Assembly (NCBI GenBank): GCA_041492755.1
Contig: JBGPXN010000088.1
Coordinates: 1 to 18,345 of the forward strand
Reading direction: 5' to 3'
DNA: 18,345 nucleotides
Source: Candidatus Methylomirabilia bacterium
GTDB taxonomy: Bacteria; Methylomirabilota; Methylomirabilia; Rokubacteriales; CSP1-6
Of this stretch, positions 1 to 11,522 are shown piece by piece; positions within the stretch are counted from its first letter, which is position 1; every line of letters starts with the position of its first letter. The notes under the pieces were generated by a model that saw only the letters and a program-made list of their open reading frames with translations, had not been told where the DNA came from and searched no databases. Made by a program: the position numbers and the translations under genes.

Positions 1-2468
1 GCCGGCTCCTTGGGACGGCGTGCCTCCCGGCCCCCCTCGCGCCCGGCGTCGTGCAGGATCTCCTCCCCCGCCCACGTGCGCTCGTACGCGGCGAGCAGAT
101 CCTCCAGCGGCGTGTAGTTCCCCACCGCGCGCCGGCGCAGGTAGAACTCCACGACCTTGTGCACGATGGCGCCGAAGGCGACGGCGTGATGGCGGCGGAT
201 GGGCACGCGCAGGACGTGCACGTAGCGGTACTTGAGCGGGCACGTCTGGTAGTCGTCGATCTGCTTGTGGCTGATCACCAGCTCGGCGTCCGGGCTCATC
301 GGGGGCAGCGGGCCGGCGCCGCGCGCGGCCGGCGGCGCGTAGCGCTGAATCTCCTCCACCGCCTTGGCCTTGAATGGCCGCGCGGCGTCCTTGGGCAGGT
401 CGAGCGCCTCCAGCACGAACTGGCTGACCTTGCGCTCGCGGGCGCCGCCGTAGTCGCGGGCGCTGGTGAGGAACAACTCGCGCCGCGCGCGCGTCATGCC
501 GACGTAGAACAGGCGCCGCTCCTCCTGGACGTGGAAGTCGCCCGAGGGCAGTGCGTCCTTGATCAGCTCGGCCGGCACCTCGAGCATGTCGCGCCGGCTG
601 CGCGAGGGAAACTTGTCCTGCACGAGATGGACGAGGAAGACCACCGGGAACTCCAGCCCCTTGGCCTTGTGCACGGTCAGCACGTGCACGGCCGGCGTCT
701 CCACGTCGGCCTCGGCCACGGCCGGATCCTCGCCGGCGTCGATGAGGGCGTCCAGGTGCTTGACGAACTCGCGGATGTTGTCGTAGCGCAGGGCTTGCGA
801 GGCGTCCTGGATGCGCCGGAAGAACTTCGAGATGTTCTGCACCTCCGCCTCGTCGCGCACGGTGGCGGCCTTGGACATGCGCGCGAGCCAGCCGGAGTCG
901 GCGATGAACTGGTAGAGCAGCTCACCCGTCGGCATCTCGCGCCCGAGCTCCATGTAGCGCACGAGGTCGGCCACGAGATGGCGGACGGCCCCCTGCCCTT
1001 CCTCGCTCAGCTCGTCGCGCAGCTCCGGGATCTCCGTCGCTCCGCGCAGGACGTCGAACAGCCAGCGGTGCTTGCGGTCGGCATGGGTCGAGCAGCGGGT
1101 CAGATCGACGATGGGCACCTGGTAGAGATCCGACGACGCCAGGTAGTGCACGCTCACGGAGTCGTCGGGATGGGCGACGGCGCGCAGGAAGGCGATGAGC
1201 AGGCGCACCTCCGGCCGGCCGTAGAGCCCCGCATTGCCCGAGAACGTCCACGGCACGCCGCGCAGGTTGAGCGAGCGCAGGAACGCATCGGCGTCGTCGT
1301 TGGAGCGCACGAGAATGGCCACGTCGCTGTACGCCCACCGCCCCTGCTCCTGACACTCGTGGATGGTCCGGGCCACCTCGTCGGCCTCCTGGGTGGCCGT
1401 CTCGTAGTGCAGGTGCTTGGGCTCGAGCCCGTCGGGCTCCCGCACCGCGACCAGCCGCTTGCTGATCCCGCTCTTGACCTCCAGCCGGTCGGGGTTGTTG
1501 TTGACGATGAGCCGGTACGCGGTGTCGAGGATCGCCTGGTGCGAGCGAAAGTTCTCGGTGAGGACGATCCGGGCGGCATCGGGATACGTCTCGAGGAACT
1601 GCAGCACGTTCGAGATCGCGGCTCCCCTGAACCTATAGATGGCCTGGTCATCATCGGCGACGACGCATAGATTGCGGTGACGCACGGCGAGCAGCTTCAC
1701 CAATTCGAACTGCGCGTGGTTCGTGTCCTGGAACTCGTCCACCATGACGTAGCGAAAGCGACGCTGATACGCGTTGAGCACGTGCGGGCGCGCGCGCAGC
1801 AGCCGCAGCGCGGCGACGATCTGGTCACCGAAGTCGACCGTGCCCTTCTCCGTCATGAGCTCCTGGTAGCGCGCGTAGGTGGCGGCCAGCTCGCGCTGCT
1901 GGGCGGCGCGATCGCCCAGCGCTTCGTCGTCGGGCGCGGCGGCCGCCCCGGCCTGCAGGCGCTCGGCGCAGCGCAGGTATTCGTCGGGCGCGATGTCCTC
2001 ATCCTTGCACCGGCTGATGAGCGTGATGATGGCCTGCAGGTGCCGGGTGGGATCGCCGAGAGGCCGGTAGCGCTCGAGTGGGAACTCGAAGAGCCGGTCG
2101 CGGAAGAAGATGACCTGCTCGGCCCGGCTCAGCACGCGAAAGTCGGGCGTCAGGCCCACCTCGAGCGCGTGCTGGCGGAGCAGCCGATCGCCGAAGGCGT
2201 GGAAGGTGGAGATCTCGACGTCGGCGTAGCCGTAGGGCACGAGCGTGTCGACGCGCTCCTCCATCTCGGCGGCGGCCTTGTCGGTGAAGGTCAGGGCGAG
2301 GATCTCGTCGGGCCGCGCCGTGCGCTCGGCGATGAGATGGGCGATGCGCCGGGTGATGACGGTGGTCTTGCCGGTCCCGGCGCCGGCGACGATGAGAACG
2401 GGGCCGGTGGCGTGAGTGACGGCCCGACGCTGCTGCTCGTTCAGGCCATCGAGGATGCCACGCGGCAT
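1..2468 (-). CDS. ATP-dependent DNA helicase, UvrD/PcrA superfamily 1A, with C-terminal PD-(D/E)XK nuclease domain (AdnA/AdnB/AddA-like); 3' end outside window
   Basis: Manual translation from ATG 2468 (in-frame TAG just upstream): MPRGILDGLNEQQRRAVTH, Walker A AGAGTGKT, LALTFTDKAA, STFHAF, Walker B VMVDEFQD, DDDQAIYRFRGA, LTENFRS, TVHKAKGLEF, EERRLFYVGMTRAR, then ISHKQIDDYQTCPLKYRY..FGAIVH, typical of the start of a RecB-like nuclease. Absent from the ORF track because there is no stop in the window. Confidence 0.93.
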   Translation of the reverse strand, partial: MPRGILDGLNEQQRRAVTHATGPVLIVAGAGTGKTTVITRRIAHLIAERTARPDEILALTFTDKAAAEMEERVDTLVPYGYADVEISTFHAFGDRLLRQHALEVGLTPDFRVLSRAEQVIFFRDRLFEFPLERYRPLGDPTRHLQAIITLISRCKDEDIAPDEYLRCAERLQAGAAAAPDDEALGDRAAQQRELAATYARYQELMTEKGTVDFGDQIVAALRLLRARPHVLNAYQRRFRYVMVDEFQDTNHAQFELVKLLAVRHRNLCVVADDDQAIYRFRGAAISNVLQFLETYPDAARIVLTENFRSHQAILDTAYRLIVNNNPDRLEVKSGISKRLVAVREPDGLEPKHLHYETATQEADEVARTIHECQEQGRWAYSDVAILVRSNDDADAFLRSLNLRGVPWTFSGNAGLYGRPEVRLLIAFLRAVAHPDDSVSVHYLASSDLYQVPIVDLTRCSTHADRKHRWLFDVLRGATEIPELRDELSEEGQGAVRHLVADLVRYMELGREMPTGELLYQFIADSGWLARMSKAATVRDEAEVQNISKFFRRIQDASQALRYDNIREFVKHLDALIDAGEDPAVAEADVETPAVHVLTVHKAKGLEFPVVFLVHLVQDKFPSRSRRDMLEVPAELIKDALPSGDFHVQEERRLFYVGMTRARRELFLTSARDYGGARERKVSQFVLEALDLPKDAARPFKAKAVEEIQRYAPPAARGAGPLPPMSPDAELVISHKQIDDYQTCPLKYRYVHVLRVPIRRHHAVAFGAIVHKVVEFYLRRRAVGNYTPLEDLLAAYERTWAGEEILHDAGREGGREARRPKEP

Positions 2469-2476
2469 GCTGGGCC

Positions 2477-2482
2477 ACTATA
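2477..2482 (-). promoter_or_regulatory. Putative -10 box (TATAGT) for the helicase gene, possibly leaderless
   Basis: Minus strand reads TATAGT-GGCCCAGC-ATG, with no Shine-Dalgarno in between. Confidence 0.45.
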
Positions 2483-2526
2483 ACCCGGAACTCACGGTGG
2501 AGAAGAGAGACCGGTTCTTTCTCGAT

Positions 2527-6099
<3,573 letters not shown>

Positions 6100-6226
6100 G
6101 CTGAACGACCGGGATCCCGCGCCGAGCTGTCCCGCCGGCCGCCGCTCACCGAATCAGCTCCTCCGCCGCCAGCGGCAGTCGCACCCAAAAGACGTCGAAG
6201 GCGTCGATCACCATCGTGCCCGCGCC

Positions 6227-6316
6227 TCACATCCGGAGCACGCGCTCGGCGTTGACGTGGGCGATCTTTGCCTTGTCGTCCAGACTGAACGGCAGGCTGT
6301 TGAGGAACTGGGTGCA
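6227..6316 (-). pseudogene. C-terminal remnant of an amidohydrolase_2-type (TIM-barrel decarboxylase/hydrolase) gene
   Basis: Translates CTQFLNSLPFSLDDKAKIAHVNAERVLRM*, resembling the typical 'FL..LP.S..D+.KIAH.NAER+L.' amidohydrolase C-terminus. No start codon lies between it and the LLM stop 20 nt upstream. Confidence 0.7.
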
Positions 6317-6335
6317 TGAGCAGCGTAGACGCCTG

Positions 6336-7421
6336 CTACTTCGGCACCAGCTCCTTGAACTTCGGCATGACCTCCCGCGCCAGCAGCTCCATCGAGTGCC
6401 GCCATGCCTTCGGGTTCTCCGCGTAGTCGAAGCAGAACAGCAGCAGCGTGCCGAAGCCGCCGACCTGCTCGTAGATCTCGTGGAGCCGCTCGGTCACGGT
6501 GGCCGGCGAGCCGACCAGCCAGTTGTGCCGGGCGCAGTATTCCGGGGTGACGTCGGAGTCGGGCACGTCCGGCTCGTGCTTGAGGAACTCGGTGAACTGG
6601 AAGAACGCCAGCAGCGGCAGGAAGTACTCGCGCATCATGCGGCCCATCATGCCGCCGGCGGACAGGCGCATCGCCTCCGCGTCGGTGTCGGCGATGAAGA
6701 CCTCGCGCACGAGGCGCCACTCCGAGCGCTTCGGGGTCCGGCCGCTCCGCGCCGCTCCCTGCTCCACCGACTCCCAGTGGCTCCCGACGTATGCGGGGTT
6801 GAGGTTCAGGCTCATCGGCCAGAACCCGCGCTCGCCGGCGAGCTTGAGCGTGTCGGAGCCCTTGCTCACGCCGGCCACGCCGATGGGCGGATGCGGCTTC
6901 TGCAACGGCGTGATGTGCGGCTTGAGGGTGCCGATCATCGTGCCGGTCTTGGTGACGTGCCAGTACTTGCCCTTGTGATCGAACTCGGCCTCGTCGCTCC
7001 ACAGGCGCAGGATGATGTCGAGCGCCTCGCGCGTCATCTCCCGGTGCTGCCCGGCGTTGCCGTCGACGTTGAACAGCGCCCAGTCGCTGGGCAGCCCGCT
7101 CGCCGCCACGCCGAAGTTCAGCCGGCCCTGCGCGAGGTGATCGAGCATCGCGACCCGGTTGGCAAGCTCGGCCGGATGGTGATACGGCAGCAGGAAGCCA
7201 CCCGGGCCGATGCGCATGCGCTGCGTCTGCATGAGCGCCTGGGCCACGAGCAAATCGGGCGACGGGTGCGGCTCCCACGGCGCGGTGTGATGCTCGCCGA
7301 TCCACGCTTCGCTGAAGCCGAGCTCGTCTGCCCAGCGGAGCTGCTGGAGGTCCCACTGGTGACCGTCGTACAGGCTGCGCTCGGGCGGATGCGAGGGCAT
7401 CGTGAACAGTCCGTATTCCAT
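6336..7421 (-). CDS. LLM-class (luciferase-like) flavin-dependent monooxygenase, 361 aa
   Basis: Likely start ATG 7421 (MEYGLFTMPSHPP) after GAAGGGAGGG. Motifs ADELGFSEAWIGEHH, LLPYHHPAELANRVAMLDHLAQGRLNFGV, PLQKPHPPI, VGSPATV. The upstream extension in the ORF track is antisense to the MNT gene. Confidence 0.93.
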   Translation of the reverse strand: MEYGLFTMPSHPPERSLYDGHQWDLQQLRWADELGFSEAWIGEHHTAPWEPHPSPDLLVAQALMQTQRMRIGPGGFLLPYHHPAELANRVAMLDHLAQGRLNFGVAASGLPSDWALFNVDGNAGQHREMTREALDIILRLWSDEAEFDHKGKYWHVTKTGTMIGTLKPHITPLQKPHPPIGVAGVSKGSDTLKLAGERGFWPMSLNLNPAYVGSHWESVEQGAARSGRTPKRSEWRLVREVFIADTDAEAMRLSAGGMMGRMMREYFLPLLAFFQFTEFLKHEPDVPDSDVTPEYCARHNWLVGSPATVTERLHEIYEQVGGFGTLLLFCFDYAENPKAWRHSMELLAREVMPKFKELVPK

Positions 7422-7496
7422 GGAACCCTCCCTTCGCTGGCGGCGTGCCCTGGATCGTACGCCAGTTTCCAGAAGCCCGAGCGTCACATCTTGTCG

Positions 7497-7505
7497 TGCT
7501 AGGCT
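7497..7505 (+). promoter_or_regulatory. Extended -10 promoter (TGcTAGGCT) of the MNT-HEPN pair, probably leaderless
   Basis: TGnTAnnnT followed by 6 nt (ggccgc) and ATG 7512. No SD. Confidence 0.55.
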
Positions 7506-7511
7506 GGCCGC

Positions 7512-7910
7512 ATGCTGCCTGCGCTTCGTCGCGTTCTCGCCGCCGAATCCGACGTCGCGTACGCGCCACTCTTTGGGTCCAGCAGCAAGGGCACCGCGCG
7601 GCAGGACAGCGACGTCGATGTCGCCGTCGAGCTCACCGCCGGGGCCGCACGGGATGTCCGCACGCTCGGCGGTCTCGCGGCCCGCCTGGAGTCGGCCGCC
7701 GGACGTCCGGTCGACCTGGTGCTTCTCGACGAGGCGCCGTCGCCGCTTGCATACCGCGTCTTTCGCGACGGGCTCCTGCTCGTCGAGCGGGACCACGCCG
7801 CCCTGGTCGCCCGCAAGGCACGCGTCCTGCTCGATGACCTCGACTTCAAACCCGTCGAGCAGCGGTGTGCCGACGGAGTGCTGCGCGCCGCCGCCATTCG
7901 TGGTCGATAG
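7512..7910 (+). CDS. mntA: Minimal nucleotidyltransferase (MntA-type antitoxin), 132 aa
   Basis: GS-x10-DxD motif (FGSSSKGTARQDSDVD), then RPVDLVLLDEAPSPLAYRVFRDG. Overlaps a downstream HEPN-like start. Confidence 0.88.
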   Translation: MLPALRRVLAAESDVAYAPLFGSSSKGTARQDSDVDVAVELTAGAARDVRTLGGLAARLESAAGRPVDLVLLDEAPSPLAYRVFRDGLLLVERDHAALVARKARVLLDDLDFKPVEQRCADGVLRAAAIRGR

Positions 7911-8013
7911 CGCGCTCCTCGCCGCGAAGATCGCCGCCGTCCGCGACGCCACCGCCCGCGTTCGCGCGGTCTTCTGCGCCACGCTCGCCGCCCGCGCGCA
8001 CGATCAGGCTTGA
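7900..8013 (+). pseudogene. hepT: HEPN/DUF86 (HepT-type) toxin with large internal deletion, 37 aa left
   Basis: GTG 7900 overlaps the MNT stop. VVDSALLAAKIAAVRDATARVRAV resembles a DUF86 N-terminal helix and is joined directly to FCATLAARAHDQA*, which resembles the C-terminal helix. No R-x4-H motif. Confidence 0.72.
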
Positions 8014-8066
8014 CCGCGCTGCCGGCCCGTCCCTCCTCCTGAACGGGAGTGAGCGTGCCGGGGACG

Positions 8067-8107
8067 TTGACGCCGGTCCGCGGGCGCGGCTACGGTAGGC
8101 GGACCGG
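8067..8107 (+). promoter_or_regulatory. Sigma70-like promoter TTGACG-N18-TACGGT with overlapping 9-bp inverted repeat (candidate operator)
   Basis: -35 at 8067-8072, -10 at 8091-8096. IR arms CCGGTCCGC 8073-8081 and GCGGACCGG 8099-8107. Confidence 0.55.
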
Positions 8108-8154
8108 ATCCAGTTCCCGATGACGACAGGGTCGTGTCGAAAGGGGTGCCGGCC

Positions 8155-9456
8155 ATGCTGACCGCGGAAGAGAACGCGCAGTTGACGAGAGTCGGACCGG
8201 GCACGCTCATGGGCGACCTCATGCGGCAGTACTGGATCCCCGTGGTGCAGTCGTCCGAAATCACGTCGGGCGGCCGACCCAAGCGGGTCAAGATCCTCGG
8301 CGAAGACCTGGTGGTCTTCCGCAGCCCGAGCGGCCGCCCGGGCTTGCTCGCGGAGTTCTGCGCGCACCGGCAGGCCTCGCTCTACTTGGGGCGGAACGAG
8401 GAGCCCGGTCTGCGCTGCGTCTACCACGGCTGGCAATACGAGCCGGGCGGCCGCTGCGTCGACATGCCGAACGAGCGGCCGGAGAGCAACTTCCAGGACA
8501 AGGTCAGGCTCCCGGCCTATCCATGCGCCGAGCGCGGCGGCGTCGTGTGGACCTACATGGGAGGGGCGAGCCCGCCGCCCGGGCTGCCCGACCTCGAGTG
8601 GGCGCTCGTGCCAGAGGCGCAGCGGTTCGTCACCAAATTCTGGCAGGACTGCAACTATCTGCTGGGGCTCGAAGGCGGCGTCGACCCGGCGCACATCTCG
8701 TTCCTCCACGGCATTCTCGATGCGCGCGACGACGCTCTCCGCGGCGCGCTGGACCAGGCGGCGGCCGGCTTCGGCTTCGCGTCCCAGCTCGAGCGCACGC
8801 CGTACGTCGACGTGGCCGACACGGAGACCGGGTTGCTGATCGGCGGCCGCCGCGACGCGCCGGCCGGCCAGTACTACTGGCGCATCACCCAGTACCTGCT
8901 GCCCTTCCACACCATGCCGCCGCCGGAAGTCGGCAGCGATCCCGTCTACCAGTCGCACGTGTGGATCCCGGTCGACGACGACCACCTCGTGAACTGGTGC
9001 ATCTCGTGGCATCCCACGCGCGCGATCACGGAGAAAGAGATCGCCGAGTTCCATGCCGGCGCGGGCATCCACGTCACCACGTACGCGCCGGCCACCGGCG
9101 ACGCGTACGGCGACATCCGGCCCGCCGCGAATCGCGCGAACGACTATCTCGCCGACTGGGAGGCGCAGCGCACGCGCAAGTTCTTCGGCGTGCCGGGCGT
9201 GGGCGCCCAGGACAAGGCCATCACCGAGAGCCAGCGCGTTTCCGAGCGCTCGATCGAGCGGCTGGGCCGGGCGGATCTCGGCATCATCCGCATGCGCAAG
9301 TGCTTGCTCGACGCGGCCACCGCGCTGCGGACCCGGCGCGTCGCGCCGCCGAACCTCGATCCGGCGAGCTATCGCGTGCGGCCGGCGTCCGTGCTTCTTC
9401 CGAAGGACGCGCCGTGGGTGGAGGGGGCCCGGGAGCGGCTCACGTTCGCCCCCTAG
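8155..9456 (+). CDS. Rieske non-heme iron oxygenase, oxygenase subunit (phthalate 4,5-dioxygenase/LigXa-like group), 433 aa
   Basis: ATG 8155 after AAAGGGG. N-terminus MLTAEENAQLTRVGPGTLMGDLMRQYW, Rieske motif CAH-x16-CVYH, mononuclear Fe site EGGVDPAHISFLH and distal QD(KAITESQ). Confidence 0.93.
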   Translation: MLTAEENAQLTRVGPGTLMGDLMRQYWIPVVQSSEITSGGRPKRVKILGEDLVVFRSPSGRPGLLAEFCAHRQASLYLGRNEEPGLRCVYHGWQYEPGGRCVDMPNERPESNFQDKVRLPAYPCAERGGVVWTYMGGASPPPGLPDLEWALVPEAQRFVTKFWQDCNYLLGLEGGVDPAHISFLHGILDARDDALRGALDQAAAGFGFASQLERTPYVDVADTETGLLIGGRRDAPAGQYYWRITQYLLPFHTMPPPEVGSDPVYQSHVWIPVDDDHLVNWCISWHPTRAITEKEIAEFHAGAGIHVTTYAPATGDAYGDIRPAANRANDYLADWEAQRTRKFFGVPGVGAQDKAITESQRVSERSIERLGRADLGIIRMRKCLLDAATALRTRRVAPPNLDPASYRVRPASVLLPKDAPWVEGARERLTFAP

Positions 9457-10661
9457 GTTCGCTCGCCCTCCTTCGCCTCGGCGACTTTCGCTGCCTCGGG
9501 ACCGCGGTGGTCCTGAGCTCCGTCGGCATGATGGGCGAGGTCGTCGTGCTGGGCTGGCTCGCGCTCGAGCTCACCGACTCTCCCTTCCTGGTCGGCGTTG
9601 CCATGGGCATGCGTGGGCTTCCGCTGTTCTTCGTCGGCGTGCCCGCCGGCGTGCTCGCCGACCGGTTCCCGCGGCACCGCCTGCTGATCGTGACGGGCGT
9701 CATCCAGGCCGTCACCACGGCGACGCTCGGGCTGCTCACGCTGCTGGGGCTCATGAGCCTGGCCCACCTGCTCGTGCTGACCTTGGCCGCCGGCGCCGCG
9801 CGCGGGCTCGAGCATTCGACCCGGCAGAGCTACGCCCACGACGTCGTCGGCGCCACCGCGCTGATCAACGGGCTCGCCATCCTCGGCGTTGCGATGCGTG
9901 CGGGCTGGCTCGTCGGCTCGCTCGGGGCCGGTGCGATCATCGCCCACTTCGGCTCGGGCCCGGCCTACCTCGCCGTGGCCGTCAGCCACCTCGCGGGCGC
10001 GGCGGCGCTGCTGCCGGCAGCGGCGCCAGCCGGGACCACGCCGGCCGTCTCCGGCTCCTTGTGGCGGAGCGTCGTCGATTTCGTCACGGCCATACGAAAG
10101 GACCCGGTGCTGCCCGTGCTCATGTTGCTCACGGCGGGCGCCGAGATCCTGGGCTTCGCGCACCAGGCGCTCTTCCCGAGCCTGGCCCGCGACGTGCTCC
10201 GCGTCGGCCCCGAGGGGCTGGGCGCCATGAACGCCGCGCGCGCCGTCGGGGGCATCCTCGGGCTCTTCATGGTGTCGATGCGGGGCACGACCCACGGGGG
10301 CGGCGTGCTGTTCCTGGCCGTGCTCGTCGCCTTCGGCGCGAGCCTCGTCGGTCTTGGCTTCGCGCCCGAACTCGTGGGCTTCGTGGGCGTCCTCGTCATC
10401 CTGGTCGTCATCAATGCGGCGGGCGCCCTCGCCGACCTGCTGGCCCAGGGCCTCATGCAGCTCAGCGTGCCGGCGCATCTGCGCGGTCGGGCCGGAGGCG
10501 CCTGGGTCGTCGCGATCGGGCTGGCGCCGCTCGGTCAGCTCCAGATCGGGGCCCTCGCGTCGTTGTTCGGCGTCGGCATCGCCCTCGGGGCCAGCGGCCT
10601 CGCCCTCGCGACCCTGGCCACCGCGGCGGCGCTGTGGTTCCCGCGCGTGCGGCGGCTGTGA
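9414..10661 (+). CDS. Major facilitator superfamily transporter, ~415 aa (start uncertain)
   Basis: About 12 hydrophobic segments, motif A-like GVLADRFPRHRLL and C-terminal VPAHLRGRA. Best start is GTG 9414 with GAAGGA 6 nt upstream, overlapping the Rieske gene by 43 nt. Alternative ATG at 9528. Confidence 0.88.
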   Translation: MGGGGPGAAHVRPLGSLALLRLGDFRCLGTAVVLSSVGMMGEVVVLGWLALELTDSPFLVGVAMGMRGLPLFFVGVPAGVLADRFPRHRLLIVTGVIQAVTTATLGLLTLLGLMSLAHLLVLTLAAGAARGLEHSTRQSYAHDVVGATALINGLAILGVAMRAGWLVGSLGAGAIIAHFGSGPAYLAVAVSHLAGAAALLPAAAPAGTTPAVSGSLWRSVVDFVTAIRKDPVLPVLMLLTAGAEILGFAHQALFPSLARDVLRVGPEGLGAMNAARAVGGILGLFMVSMRGTTHGGGVLFLAVLVAFGASLVGLGFAPELVGFVGVLVILVVINAAGALADLLAQGLMQLSVPAHLRGRAGGAWVVAIGLAPLGQLQIGALASLFGVGIALGASGLALATLATAAALWFPRVRRL

Positions 10662-10748
10662 GCGCGAGACGCTGGTGGTGGTGCGGCCGCGGGCCGGCGT
10701 ATGCTACACCGCGCGCGTAGCTTCAGGGACCAATCGCGGGAGGAAGGC

Positions 10749-11522
10749 ATGGCGGACTACGTCCTCGTCGAGAAGTCGGAAGGCGTCGCGATCCTCACCA
10801 TGAATCGGCCGGAGCAGCTCAACGCCATGAACGCGCAGCTGAGCGCCGAGCTGCACGACGCGGTCATGCGCGCGAGCGCCGACGACGACGTCGGGTGCAT
10901 CGTCATCACCGGCGCCGGCAACCGCGCATTTTCCGCCGGCGGCGACATCCACGAGCAGCGCGAGGACGACAAGAAGTACACGCCGTCGGAGCTCGACGCC
11001 CGGACCGCCCTCCGCACGCGGGGCAGCTACGACATCAGCGCCTGCCCCAAGCCGACTATCGGGATGATGAACGGCCTCGCGTACGGCGGAGCCTCCGTGC
11101 TCGCCTCCTCCCTCGACATGCGCGTGGGGTGCGAGCATGCCAGCTTCCGCTTCCTGGCCGCGGCCTACGGCCGCATCAACAGCACGTGGACGCTGCCGAA
11201 CCAGGTCGGCTGGCCCATCGCCAAGGAGCTGCTCTTCTCCGGCCGCGTCGTGGAGGCGGAAGAGGCCCATCGCATCGGGTTGCTGAACCACCTCGTGCCC
11301 TGCGCGCAATTGCGGGAGAAGACCAGGTGGCTGGGGACGATGATCGCCAAGAATCGCCGCGAGTCGGTCATGGGCGTGAAGGCGCTGCTCCTCGAGGACC
11401 TTGGATGCACCCTCGAAGAGCAGTGGGCGAACGAGCGCGAGTACACCACGAAGGTCGCCCGCGGGGCCAGGGCCGAGGCCGCGTTCCCCGAATTCATTGC
11501 GCGTAAAGGACGAGCGATATGA
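10749..11522 (+). CDS. Enoyl-CoA hydratase/isomerase (crotonase) superfamily protein, 257 aa
   Basis: ATG 10749 after GGAGGAAGG. Motifs LTMNRPEQLNAM, IVITGAGNRAFSAGGDI, PKPTIGMMNG, AKELLFSGRVVEAEEAHRIGLLN. Confidence 0.92.
   Translation: MADYVLVEKSEGVAILTMNRPEQLNAMNAQLSAELHDAVMRASADDDVGCIVITGAGNRAFSAGGDIHEQREDDKKYTPSELDARTALRTRGSYDISACPKPTIGMMNGLAYGGASVLASSLDMRVGCEHASFRFLAAAYGRINSTWTLPNQVGWPIAKELLFSGRVVEAEEAHRIGLLNHLVPCAQLREKTRWLGTMIAKNRRESVMGVKALLLEDLGCTLEEQWANEREYTTKVARGARAEAAFPEFIARKGRAI

Noticed and set aside
2499..2523. Imperfect purine/pyrimidine inverted repeat after the kinase stop
   Set aside because: The stem is weak and interrupted, so it cannot be supported as a terminator.
7422..7982. 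187-aa N-terminal extension of the LLM ORF (548 aa in the track)
   Set aside because: It is the antisense of the MNT gene. The LLM fold begins at Met 7421, which has a good RBS.
8523..9413. Apparent 712-aa fusion ORF ending in the MFS
   Set aside because: The upstream part is an Arg/Pro/Gly-rich alternative frame of the Rieske gene.
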